Origin: Antedon mediterranea
Taxonomy: Eukaryota; Animalia; Echinodermata
Direction of reading: 5' to 3'
Length of the DNA: 64,000 bases
NCBI RefSeq assembly: GCF_964355755.1
Contig: NC_092672.1
Span: 17,807,237-17,871,236, forward strand
Both the position numbers and the translations under genes were made by a program. The notes under the pieces are model-generated. The model saw only the letters and a list, made by a program, of their open reading frames with translations, searched no databases and was not told the origin of the DNA. Below, piece after piece: positions 51,469 to 64,000 of the stretch. The stretch's first letter is position 1. Each line of letters starts with the position of its first letter.

Positions 51469-54229
51469 TTATGTTAAACCAAAAAAATACATACACAATT
51501 GATATAAATACCTTAGTTTGTCTGTGTATTTTTTATAACAAAGGTAAAAGTGAACGAAAGGAAGACCAAGCAAGACCAGAGCTCGACCCAATTAGTCACC
51601 TAAATACATTAAAATAAATTGGAATTTATTATGTGCCTTGTTATTTATATATACACACCACATACAGTATATCTTTAATTTTTTTAAATTATGTATTTAA
51701 ATCTTTATGTTTATGTGTAATTAAAAGGTAGTTCTGATATAAATTAATTAAACACATAAAAGCATTGAATTGATAATGGTGTCAATTTCTGTTTCAAGCA
51801 TAAAACATCAAGGGGTAGAAATGTCGGGATGTCTTGCCTTAGACATCTTGCTGGGGAATCCCTACTGTGTGTGTACAGACATCAGATTATAGACAATAGA
51901 AAGCGCGTATGCATCTTCAATACATAGTATATGCTACACATACTAGCTAGGGTATGTCATTACAATAATATTGAAAGGATATTTTGTTATTGTTAGAACC
52001 TAATATATAGAACTTATACATTATAAATTATATAATTTGTGGGTTTTACAGCTTCTTCTTCTTTTAAATTTAATACTGCACACAATATAATAAAAAAAAC
52101 ACAAACTACAACATTGTCATTATTGTCTACCAACAAAATGTCTAATTTCACAGAACTTTCGTTATACATCATCCACCGACACTGTATAACCATGACCTTG
52201 TAGTATCGTGCACGCGCGCAAAACATCGAACTTCGACTTGAAACTATACGTACATATCAGTAAGCCAACGAGTTAACAACCACACACCACAAGTAGCAAT
52301 GGTATACAAGTCATGACCTTTGTAGTATCGTGCACGCGCACAAAAAACATCGAATCGAACATCGACTTGGAACTATACGAACATAACAAACAATAAGCCA
52401 ACGAATTAACAACCACAAGTAGCAATAGTATATTATGAACTTGACCTTGTGGTATCGTGTACGCGCACAAAAACATCGAATCGAGCATCGACTTGAACTA
52501 TACGTACATAACAGTAAGCCAACGAGTTAATAACCACATAACTACATACAAGTAGCAATTTAACCTTGACCTTTTAGTATCGTGTGCACGCGCAAAAAAA
52601 CATAGAACATCGACTTATAACTATACGTACATAATAGTAAGCCAACAACCACACACTAGAAGCAACAATGATATAACATGGCCTTGACCTTGAAGTATGG
52701 TGCACGCGCGCAGCAAATAACAAATATTGTCTTGAACTATTACGTTCATTAAACAAACGAGTTAACGTGCAAATATCGCGCGCATGAGCAGCAAATTATA
52801 ATAATCCAACGCGTTAACCACGACCCTAACAGACGTATCGTGAACAAACAATTATTGAAACAACTCAATACAATCATGATATAATGTAGTACCTCGATCA
52901 AAATTGTTTGAGTCTAGCATTAAATTTGATCTGATTTTTTTTTTTTACATTTGTGGCCGAAAAATTCTCATTTTTTTTTACATTTGTGGGCGTTATCACA
53001 TTTGTGGGCGATGATCGTTTTCACATTAATTTGTGGGCGCTGTTTATTACATTTGTGGTTGATGCGTTTTCACATTTGTGGTTGTTTTCACATTTGTGGG
53101 TGATGCGTTTTCACATTTGTGGTTGTTTTCACATTTGTGGGTGATGCGTTTTCACATTTGTGGTTGTTTTCACATTTGTGGGCGTTTTTACATTTGTGGG
53201 TTCAACAAGGGCGTTTATTCGAGGGAGGCGTTCATTTATTTGGGTGCAATATGGTAACATATATAATCAAATACAGTAAATACTGCATAGTTATGAAAAA
53301 ATACAACACAATTAATATCGAAAAGTGATAAAATACAGTAAAATTGTATCAAAATTCTTGGTAAATTGTAGATCACCAACGAATTCTACTACAAATAGAA
53401 ATGTTTTGTTATACAAATAATAAATGTTTATGAGTGTAATGGTAAAAATAATGGCATGAGGTGAATGATGAAAGGCGTGGCCAAGTTGAAATATATATAA
53501 TTTGATTTTGATTTTATCTTGCGCTTTCAGACAGTTTCGTCTAGCTGTCAGCTTGACATCATCAGTGGCTATGTGTTTGATGCCGATTGGCCTCTTTCCA
53601 GCCACTGAATGTTTTGGGTGTGTAGCCTAGGGGACCAGTCAGCGTCAGGAGTTGATCGTAAATACAGAGGTCCCAAGTTCCTCGAAATTTTTCAGTTTTT
53701 CCAATTCCCCCCCCAAATTTTAATGCAGATCCCCGCCTCCCCGAAAATGTTTTGTTTCTCCCCAAAAATCTGGAAGATTTAGGCCTAGGCTAGCTAGGTC
53801 CAGCCTAGAGATTTTTCAACTAAAATAACTGAAATTAAACAACATTTTCCCAAAACAAATATGTTATTTTACAATTAACACGATCCTGGCACTGTTTTAT
53901 TTATAATGATTTCTTTACAAATTAACAGCCAAGCACAGCAAGTCTACTATGTTATTAACAAAATTATCGTAGACCTAAAACAGTAGGTGGTTAGGCTTTA
54001 CCATGCTTGAAAGGTGTCTGACATTACCCATTGTTTATTACTGAACATACAGTAGGGAGGTGGTAGGCCTATTCAATTTGTTATTGGATATCCCCAGATG
54101 ATCCCAAGATTTGTTGTATAACTATAACATAATATTAGCTTATATAGTGCCCTGTATATGATTTTTAATTTGTATAGCACGTCCTCTATTGTTTACCCAA
54201 AATTTGTTTTTTTCAACTTGGTACCTCTG

Positions 54230-54745
54230 TGGATGGATATGTGGAAGTTTGTGCGCGTCTTTGTCTCTATTCATCGTTTTATCCCGTTTATGCTTATGCT
54301 TATAGATTATTTAATTTCACGTTTGAGCCAAACTTGTTCTTTGTGTAATATGTCTATATTATCCCAGTTAGGTATATGAGTATGCAGAGTCATATGGTCC
54401 ATGATCGACGACCAAGTTTTTAATTTTATGGTATAAAGTATGTTCGTATACTGTATGTTATAGTTTTTAAATGTTCTCAAGATTTTCTCTGAAAGGCTGT
54501 GATGGACACATGGGATGGATACTGACCCTCTTATGTCTTCCGCTAGGGGTTTTATGTCCGTTTTTTGTTTTTTTAAGTTACTTTGTACGGTACCTTTCTA
54601 ATCGTCCATGATGGGTAGTTACACTGTTTTAGTGAAGTATGTATCGTTTCTGTTTTGTTCTGTTTGTCTGTATTGTTTGAGATTATTGTGTTACATTTGT
54701 GTAGAAGTGTGCAGATAACAGACAACTTATAGTTGGGGAGCCAGA
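54230..54745 (-). mobile_element. Penelope-like relic (third coding fragment)
   Basis: KLSVICTLLHKCNTII...LKQCNYPSWTI and SSIMDHM...NWDNIDILHKE...REIK...MNRD. Confidence 0.65.
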
Positions 54746-54769
54746 AAGAGTTTACGTGCACCCTCTAGC

Positions 54770-55590
54770 AAACTATGTTAACAATGTTTTTTGCTTCCAT
54801 ATATCAATACAAATCAATTTTTTGCTGTTGGCCAAAAAAACATTGGGATGCTTGGTCAGTACAGCAGCCAAAATCATAATGTCAATATGGTCAAAGATAG
54901 AACTATGCATAACTTGGTAACTACTAGGTTTATTGGAATATTTTTTGTGCCAAACTACTCAGAAGACCAATATTTCTATTCACTCTAATGGGAAACTTTT
55001 ACCAAAAGTGGACAGAACCCCCTTTTCTGACCAATGGTCAAGAAATTGGCCATATAAATATCTCATCAACCACTGGTCAGAAAGTGATAATTGTGGTCTC
55101 AAATTACTCGCAAAGTATATGTTTATATTTATTCTAATGTAATAAAAATCATAAAACTGTCAATAAACCCTTAATTTTGACCTTTGACATAGCCAGCACA
55201 AACATTTTTTGCTTAGAGCACACTTTTCATATCTCAAAAATTGTTGGGCGGATATGGTTGTAGTTGGTGTCAAAATACTCAGAAGATACATATTTCTATT
55301 CACTGTAATGGACAACTTTTGCCAAAAATGACTGTGAAACTTTATTTTTGACCATTGGTCAAGAAAATGGCCATCACTATCTCAGCAACCACTAGTCAGA
55401 AAGTTATAATTTTAGTTTCAAATTACTCACAATATATATAATTATATTTGCTCTAATACAACAGAAATACACAAAATGTTAAAAAACATTTGGACATTTA
55501 ACCTATAGCTGGTACAAACATTTTTGCGTTAAGCACACTTACATTTTTAATAACAAGCAAATATTGTCTTGCTTAATATCAAAATATCAG
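54770..55590. repeat. dispersed repeat family with tandem subunits of about 320 bp; relatives at about 45735-46268 and about 60290-60745
   Basis: tactcagaaga...tatttctattcact at about 54956 and about 55276; 55420-55586 is the reverse complement of 60573-60745. Confidence 0.7.
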
Positions 55591-56465
55591 TGACTGTTGT
55601 GTGAGTATGGTACTATGAATACTTTGTATCGGAAGTCCTAAGTAGGTAATTCTATTAATTTAATGAATAACATCACAGTTAAATCTGTCATCACCAAGAT
55701 CATTATTAATATTTAGTATTATAATTACATATCTAAACTGTATCACTGTTTAACAATTTTTAAAACTCCGGTAAATGAATGACAATGCTATACAGTATAC
55801 TGTTACATATTTTAAAACCATAGTTGAACAATAAAAACAAATCAAAGTAACCGTAGTATGACTATTGTAGTGTCTGGATTGGGAGACTAAGGGAAAGCGA
55901 GGCATTATGGGTTAAGGGAGATCGATAAGAACCTCATGGTTGGTAATCTGTATGTATACGTTGTACACAATGAAAGATGCAATAAATATACACAAGATAT
56001 CACAACTATATTATAGATATTGTTTATTTACTTGTCCTCCTTTTTGTTGGAATCACTAACTTATAATAATTTATAACTAATACTAATTTAAAGAAGCTTA
56101 CCATGTTTGTTATGACATTGCACAGTAAACCTTAAATACCATTCATACTACTTAATATATTGTATGTGATTTGAATTAAAACTAAAACTTTATAATTTAA
56201 TTCTAAAGAACTTAGGTTTGTTTTGTTCAGATGTTCCAATGTTTCCCTCCATTCCAATAAGCTGTTTGATGCAACATACTTAGTTATATTGAATCTTTTT
56301 TAATACAAATTAAACAAAAATATGTAAATTAGTTGCATAGTAATCTTTATTCACAAACGTATATTTAGGATACTAGTTTTATTAAAATCACATGCGCACT
56401 GATGTAGTATGATGGTTTACTATGCAATGTTCATTCATTTATTTGCTTCTTAAATTAATAGTAAA

Positions 56466-59400
56466 CTAGCAAGATACCCACCCCAGGGCGGGAGTTAGTT
56501 GCATTGCTGACACTGAAAGATCAGACTTTGACGGTCAATAGAAATAATGATAGAAAGTGACTCTTTGTAATACATATTAGAACACTCAGAGCAACAATGT
56601 AGTATTTACCTCCATGGTAGTAGTTTGTGTGTATTCAATTGTTCCAGTTAGGCCTAGTTCATCAGTAGTTCGTGATATACAACATTTCGCGTATTTGAAT
56701 TTGGTACATATAAATGTAAGTGTTCAGGTGAACCAACTCTTGACAGGGCAACATACAGCATGCCATGTGAAAAAACCGTTGTATCTAGGTGTATGCCAAC
56801 ACTTCTGAACGTTTGACCCTGTGACTTATTTATGGTCATAGCAAAAGACAGTCTTATGGGAAATTGAAGGCGTTTAAATGTAAATGGCAGGTCACCGTCT
56901 GAAGGTGTCAACGGAATTCTCGTTATAAGTGCACGTTTTCCTGGTCCGTTTAAAATTACCACCTCAAGAACATTTGGATTTAGTTGTGGATAATACATCT
57001 AGTTCCATTAGGTGGATCCAATGATCTGACCACTATAATGGGACATCCGACTTTAAGTAACAGTAAGTGAGGCGGTAATGCTGTCGATAGAATTGAGAAA
57101 CTCAACAGGAAAATGTACGGCTTCTTCATTAGTCAAAGTAGAGTCAATTGATTTAAATTGTTTTAAATTGTTTTAGTTCTCCAGGGTAGTTAGTAAGGAC
57201 TGAATAATTAATTTGATTCACTGTTTCATTTAGTGGAGCAAGAATGGATCTTTCCAGAAACCATTGATGGTCAGTAGAATGGTTCAGAATTTGGCCGTAT
57301 ACAGCATCGATTAAAGCATTAGAACTTCCACAATGGTTTATGAATGCTGGCAACTTAATTGTATCTGGAGGTAGGAGAAGTTGTTAACGTCCTACACCGA
57401 TTGATAAAAGAAATTCAGAAAACTCTTCAGAGCTGTTTGCTAGATGTACTCTCATATTGGTGGACATTTTGTAGGTTTTAAGATAAGATTGTTGAATAGC
57501 AGCATCAATGACATTGACTCAAGTACCGTTTTTCACTACAGGTGTTATCTGGCGCTTATCACCACACAACAATGTTGAAGATTAGTCCTCTTGTTTCCCT
57601 AAATATAGAAGCTAGGGTTGAGTTTTTATTAATACTTCATGTTGGGTGATCTCGGTTTGGACATCTAATGGAATTTTGAAGGTCGAATGAAGAGTTCTTC
57701 CACCTGGAATAAGCATAGCTGCAATCCCACTTGATGCACATGCAATCACAATCCACCCCTTCTAACGAATTGTGTGTAGTAAATACTTCAGAAGAAATGT
57801 CCTACCAGTTCCGCCAGGGGCATCTAAAAACACGATTCCAGGGATTTTGTTGTTGACCATATATAAAAAGTCTGTTGGTCATAATCAGTATAAAAAATGT
57901 AGTCTTTGTTCATGAGTTACTCAAAGTTCTGTGACTGGACTACGTGACTCTTGTTGAATTAAATGTAAACATTCATTGTGAATGATATGTCTTCCCACCT
58001 TCATGGTCAGACGGTAAACCTGCCGTATAAAAAAGGTCATCTGACATATGATGTTTATGTTGTTCCCATAATGATAATGGGTCTGTCACTTGGTTCGCAA
58101 GCTGTTTTCGCAAATGGTATCCGGTATTTGCTAAAGCAGCTTCTTCTAAAGCTTGGTGGTAATGTTGGTGATTATCAATTAGACCCATAGCTAGACATGT
58201 GGCGTGATAGGTGTCAAATTCTACTTCATTAAAGGTCTTTAAGTCCTTGTATGACATATGGCCACGCTTTTCGTGTAATATAGTCTCATATAGTAACACT
58301 CTCTTTGTTTTGGGCTAATCGTGTACACTCTTCCAAGACATGGAGACCTGAAAACTCCTGGGCTGCTTTCGGATGGTACACCTTGTTTGCGGTTCCATCT
58401 TTTAGCCTTGTTATGCCATGTATAATATTGGGAACTTCTACATAAAGTAGTGATTTTGCGAAGTCGTCTGTTTGACAAAGAGTGAAAAATGCAGTCAGCA
58501 TAGTTTTTGGAGGGGTCCCCAAAGCGATTTGACATGCATTTTCTTCTGTGAAGTAAACTCATTTTCAAAGTGTATGCATAACTGAAACACTGGAGGGTAT
58601 CTTTCATGAATGGGAAATCCGAGTATCCGCATCGCTGCCTCCATACTGCCGACATATCTAGCTTCTTGATACTGAGTAATCTCGTCATTAGCGTCCATTG
58701 TCTGAACAGAGAATATTTTAAAACGTATTTGATACATTTGATTGAACTGCAGATTTCTACATTAGTATGACAGCCCATCTGGCGCAGGAGTTCTTTATTA
58801 TACGGTACAATCCTAGCTGCCATGTTCTTTTTGTTAATATATTTACCTTTAGCAATATTGAAAATGTATTAATATGATTTATACTACAATTGAAATGTAC
58901 CGCTTTACATTTTATTGTTATTTTCATTTCTGTGTCTTATTTATCTGTGTGAAGATGAATGGAATATCCATCAGTTCCATGCATGAAAAGGATTGGGTAT
59001 TGAAGTGTATCATACGCTCTGTGCAATTCTGACACGTGCCGTAACCCTCCTTCTCGTTCATGCAAAACGACATCTCTATTCATACACGGTTCGTTGGGCA
59101 TCAGAATGGCAACCTCGTTTCCAGTAGCTGGGTTGTACCTGCGAGCATGCTGGTTGGCAGGTCGCTTGTCCTCATGAATCACAATTCTCATGTTAGGGTC
59201 ATCAATATTATCAACCATTTCTAGGGCGATGTTTAGATTACGAATATATTTGTAATGTTGGTGTAATAGTCCATTCAACGTATGGAGTATGTGTGGTTTC
59301 AGTTTAGATCTGAATAATGATCGACGGGTTTGTTGTTCCAAGTTATTATCCACAGTATATTTGCAGAAACTGTGGTGTAGCATCTGCATGTGGCCGTAAA

Positions 59401-59716
59401 CTTTTTATATTTTATGACAAACTTGGCCCTGAACAGTAAAGTTTGGATTCCAGCCTTGTATATTGCGCTGCTTACAACCAAAACTGGTCATTTGGAAGGC
59501 TGAATTATGAAGGCTGAATTATAAAGCCTGATGTCAGCTAAAAAAATAAGCGGAATCAGCATTAGTTCCATTCAAAAGCGACATAAGATATTGAGGTGGT
59601 GATGGTATTGACGCAAGATTTTAATACCCCATATGTAAGGTTACGTGCAGTAATACAAATTAAAATACAAACAAACAGACAGACAGACGTATAAACTCTC
59701 TCACTTATAATATAGA
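56466..59716 (-). mobile_element. Helitron with intact termini and pseudogenised, internally deleted Rep-Hel
   Basis: a|TCTATATTATAAG start; cccgccc/gggtggg hairpin then CTAG|t; YDTLQYPILF, VPYN..L...CH.NVE.C.SI..IKY..KY, Walker A FLDAPGGTGRTFL, RLQFPIRLSFAMTINKSQGQT, FSHGMLYVALSRV. Confidence 0.93.
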
Positions 59717-62077
59717 TCCAATAAAAAGGAGGATGACAAATAATAATAATAACAATAAAGTCCTTTACGATTACAATAACATAGTCATACTACTGTAGTA
59801 ACGGTTTTATTTGATTTGTCTTTAATTTTAAACACAAGCAAGAAAGAAAGTGGGTATAGTTTTAAAGTGAAATATTGCAAGAGTTTAAATTTGGTATTAT
59901 AGCATAAAGATTTGGGCAGTCTATGTGTGTGGAGACGGCGTGACTTTCCCTATCTATAAATTAAAAGTAGACAGTACAAACAACAACATTATTGTTAAAG
60001 AATTGAGAAGTTTAATACGATTGTACAAACTAAAAGGTCCATGTTTCCATTTCTTACCTCAGCACCAACCATGATGGGACTGAGGTGGTGCAGAAGACCC
60101 CATCCCTTAACCGCCCCTACCATTGAAATTGGCTCGACCTACGTGTATATTTCAGATTCAAATCTCTTTTTAAGGTTATATACAATTGACTCTAAGCTGG
60201 AACTTTGATACAATTTTTACATGACTTAATTTCTGGTCAACTATAGGTCCATATTATCAAAATATCCTTACTCAATCCGAACACGATGGGTGAAAACCAT
60301 CATCCACATCCGGTGTATTAGAAATTTAATAGACACATACAAATTAATCGTAATTGGTAGGTCTATTAAAGGCTTTCAAATTCGATCCCTCTATAAAAAC
60401 TAGTTTAAGGGCCTGGAGTAGCGTATCGTATGGTGTATCGTGGGCAACGTGTTATCATGTGATACCTGAAAACAAAGGCTCCACTTTTTCATAACTTTGT
60501 CACTTTGTGACCTGGTTGCTAAATATTTCTATGGTCATTTTCTTGATCAGTGGTCTTTTTGTCTTTTGAGTGTATTTTGATATTAAGCAAAGACAACATT
60601 CGCTAGTTACTAAAAATGCAAGTGTGCTCCACATAAAAATGATTGTACCAGCTATAGGTTAAATGTCAAAATAAGGTGTTTTTTAACATTTTGTGTATTT
60701 CTGTTGTATTAGAGCAAATATAAATATATGTTTTGCGAGTAATTCAGTTCAGTTAGAATTTTAATTGTGTATATGACGTACACGGCAATTGAGTACAACT
60801 GATTTTTTAATTGACAGTTACATTACAAATAAAATTAATATCGTCGATTTTGTTTAGGTGTTGTAATAAGAGTTGTGTCGCATCCTTGGGAATTATTGTT
60901 ATAATGTCATCCTTTTCCATAGCCTCAGTTTGATATCGGTGTTATTATTGTTTTATTTATTTGTTTTATATAACATCTAAATAGATTCCTGTCATTTGAA
61001 TCAGATTGAATAAAAGGTTGGCCTATAACTAGGCCTACATTTGATTCACATTGATTGAAACAGTAATATTTGGTTTTTAATAATACTGTATATTAAATAT
61101 TATATTTATTTGGATTTAATAAAACACAACTAATGTAGTGTTAATTTATGTGAACAAACAACCAAAAAATCTTAGGCCTAGTAAAGCTAAAGTGCCTAGG
61201 CCTAGCCTAATAATGCTATTTAAATGTTTAAAAGAAATAGCTCCAAGATAATTAACAATATTATTTTAATTTACTGTAGATAACCATAATAAATGCACTC
61301 GCTTCCAAAGTACTAATGACTTATCTATTCCGTTATGGAATAACTCTCAGGGTAAAAGAACATTTGTTTATACTTATAGATCAACAAAACTATGGAACTC
61401 TATACCAAATAACATAAAATCAGAACTGCATAATGTCTTTGGCAACTTTTAAATCTTCACTATAGAAAACATATGTATTAATCTTTTTGCCTTCACAATT
61501 GTAAATAGTTTTATATCTCTTTTCTTTCTTTTTGTTTTTCTTTATTTTTATTATAAATATGTTTACTGAACCACTGAATCAGTACATTTGTATTGAAATG
61601 GTATTTCAGTTTAAAGAAAGAACAAATAAAATAATAATACTAACAGGCCTAGGTCTAGCTACGCTAGAAAGGCAGTGCTACCATTGCGAAACTTCTACAG
61701 GTAACTGGAACTCATCTGGGCTACTCCTGTTTTTTCCAACGATTCCACGTCTTGTAGATGTTCCCATTAATTAATCAAATTCATACAAACTAAAGCTAAT
61801 TTAAATCTCTCTAAAAATGTAATTCCATCGCTAAACCATTCACAAAATTCAATCTTCGCGGCGGAAGTACAAAATAGGGGGCGCTATTGTACTTCAAATG
61901 CAATAGTATAAAAAAAATATTTGCCAAACGTGAAAAGATTTTTTTTTTCGTACACAAAAAAATGTAATATTGAACGACTGTTGAACGCCATGTACTCATA
62001 ATCGTCCAATCAAATGACAGGAATTTAATTAGGTGTTTTATAAAAACAATATTGTGTATAAATGCATGTGGCTGGCA

Positions 62078-62215
62078 GGGCGTTTATTCAAGGAAATAAA
62101 GGCCCCAGTGCATTTATTTCAAGGAAATAAAGGCCCTGGGGTGTTTATTCAAGGAAATAAAGGCCCTGGGGCGTTTATTTAAAGGGAGACGTTTATTCAA
62201 AGCGGGGCGTTTATT
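62078..62215. repeat. tandem array of about 31-bp units from the ggcgtttatt MITE family (relatives at about 223-325, about 1780-1910, and flanking 47091/53207)
   Basis: g.gtttattcaaggaaataaaggccc x3. Confidence 0.7.
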
Positions 62216-62355
62216 AACAAACATTTAATTGGTTATTAGTTTATTGACAGTCATCTTTGACTGCTATGTCATATGCCTACGTCTACTTGTATATCAACCA
62301 GTAAGCAAACATCTAAATTCAGTTGCCTAGTACTCCCTTGTAGTACTGTACTTAC

Positions 62356-62483
62356 CTGAATCAACAAAAGCTTTGACAGGATAACCATTGACTTTGCAAT
62401 CAATGTACAGCATAACAACCTGGCCGAAGCTCTCGGGAGCATGCTCCATTGCAACTTCCATATTCGCGTCTATATTATGCTGT
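62356..62483 (-). CDS. DDI2: DDI1/DDI2 coding exon (start of RVP domain, catalytic Asp)
   Basis: aaatag|A...G|gtaagt, 128 nt, phase 2-1; [42 protein letters not shown](G). Confidence 0.96.
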
Positions 62484-62734
62484 CTATTTGAAAGAAACAA
62501 TCATAATTTCAATTGCTTTAAATCAATTCTTTCACATTTCAAATTTTTTGAAGGAAAGGGCCTGCCACTCAATTTGAATTATGTATTGTATTTCACTCAT
62601 TGATATTTAAAAATGTAATAAATAACCATGATCATCATCAAATAAAGATTAAAATGACATTAAAAGTAAAATAGCTTAAAATTGTACTTTTCACTTAAAT
62701 TATATTAAATGAGATAGAAAATTGTCTTAAGTAC

Positions 62735-62861
62735 TTAATAGTTTCTGCAATCTTTTCTTGAGCCGAAGGATCCATGGGATCTGCAGTTGCCATTCTGATA
62801 TGCTCCCTATCTCTATCTGCTTGTTCTTTTCTTTGCCTCTCCAGCTCGTTTGTAAACTTCT
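62735..62861 (-). CDS. DDI2: DDI1/DDI2 homolog coding exon (HDD region), first visible in window
   Basis: aaacag|AG...AA|gtactt, 127 nt, phase 1-2; KFTNELERQRKEQADRDREHIRMATADPMDPSAQEKIAETI, like DDI2 ADPFDLEAQAKIEEDI. Confidence 0.9.
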
Positions 62862-63062
62862 CTGTTTTAGATATTAGATGAATAATTATTTTATTAGTTT
62901 CCGCGCTAAACACATGCCTAAATAATGTTGCATTGTAAGGAATACCAAATGGCCTACAACAGACCACATATACATTGCCTTAGTGCTAACAAACCCTGCT
63001 AGAGATTCCACGGGCGGAAGTAGCCTATAATGCAGTGCAGTGTGATTTTCTACTATACCTAA

Positions 63063-63500
63063 TTTACCTCCGCCAAGGAGGTATATGTAATCGGTAGCGT
63101 GTGTTTGTTTGTTACTTGGCAAAAAAGAATTTTGCCAAGTATAGTATTCACTTTGTTTGTATGTATGTTTGTTTGTTTGTTAGCACGATAGCGCCTACAG
63201 TTTTGAAGTTATCATTCTGAATTTTTGGGTGTAGATAGGTATATACTTTCAGACCATGCCTATTGAAAATCAACAAAATTGGTTTATTAATAACTTCACA
63301 AATAACAAAAATGATATTATTTTCAGACCGGCTAGTGTTAAAAGATAGGAGACAATTATTAAAAGCCGGTGAGCAGTTTTAAAGTAACACGTAAACTGAA
63401 ATTACATTTTCTCGAGAACTACTTGTCCAAAAAACATCATTTTTGGACAAGAGGCAAGGGTTATAATTTGTGATTTGTAATTTTAAAACAAAAGTTGATT
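63063..63500. mobile_element. DINE-1/HINE-like non-autonomous element
   Basis: ttacctccgccaaggagg short inverted repeat followed by (tgtt)n microsatellite; 3' boundary uncertain. Confidence 0.4.
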
Positions 63501-63539
63501 CAATGTACCGGCTTTTTCATACGAGTAGTTTTAAAAAAC

Positions 63540-63915
63540 CTATTTCTTTTCAAATTCACCCGTTTGTTTTTGGCGTTGCTGTTCTATTGTTATTCAAATT
63601 AAACTATTGTTAGTTGTACTTAGTTTTTGCCTAATATGTTATTATGGTAATTCACGTTTTAAAGATAGACTTTTACTTAATAAAATAGTTAAACAAGGCA
63701 GTAGAATAGTAGGCTCTGAACAAATTCAACCTGAAGTTTTATATAAGGAATTAGTAATTAAACAATTGAAAATTATTTTAAAAGACCACGCTCATCCTCT
63801 GCACTATAAATTTAACAAAAGTCAACGTTGTGACAGACTCCTTCAAAGAAAAATTAAAACAAATAGATATGGCAATTCATTCGTCCCTGCCGCTATACGA
63901 TTATATAATGAATGA
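63540..63915 (+). mobile_element. Rex1/Babar-type LINE RT C-terminal fragment
   Basis: FCLICYYGN...LNKIVKQGSRIVG...ILKDHAHPLH...KTNRYGNSFVPAAIRLYN. Confidence 0.75.
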
Positions 63916-64000
63916 TAATATCATTCATTATATAATCGTATAATCTAATATCATTCATTATATAATCGTATAATCGTATTTTATGCGCTAGTTTTATTTT

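Larger units (their letters stand above)
47091..53207. mobile_element. non-autonomous Ginger2-like DNA transposon with TIRs of about 1 kb
   Basis: TGTTGAACCCACAAATGT...ACATTTGTGGGTTCAACA; arms about 47091-48060 and about 52160-53207 with ccacaaatgtgaaaac arrays; near-TSD AGGAC/AGGGC. Confidence 0.8.

Overview
Eukaryotic, AT-rich, repeat-dense animal DNA, probably a marine invertebrate (an echinoderm-like repeat content is an inference). Two convergent intron-rich genes are present, and both lack their 5' ends in this window. UTP3/SAS10 lies on + (8 coding exons, 4560-33961) and a DDI1/DDI2 retroviral-like aspartic protease shuttle factor lies on - (7 coding exons, 62861-36968). All exons were assembled by hand with GT-AG boundaries and consistent phases. 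The DDI gene unusually ends in two paralogous UBA exons. The introns are filled with nested, mostly decayed mobile elements: Penelope-like elements (two with hammerhead ribozyme motifs), Gypsy pol, RTE, L2 and Rex1 LINEs, a tRNA/Nin-domain SINE, two Helitrons, and Academ-, Ginger2-, Kolobok-, hAT- and Harbinger-like TIR elements. A 15-bp minisatellite sits between the two 3' ends. Family names come from recalled motifs and termini, not database searches. Repeat boundaries without a TSD or terminus are approximate.
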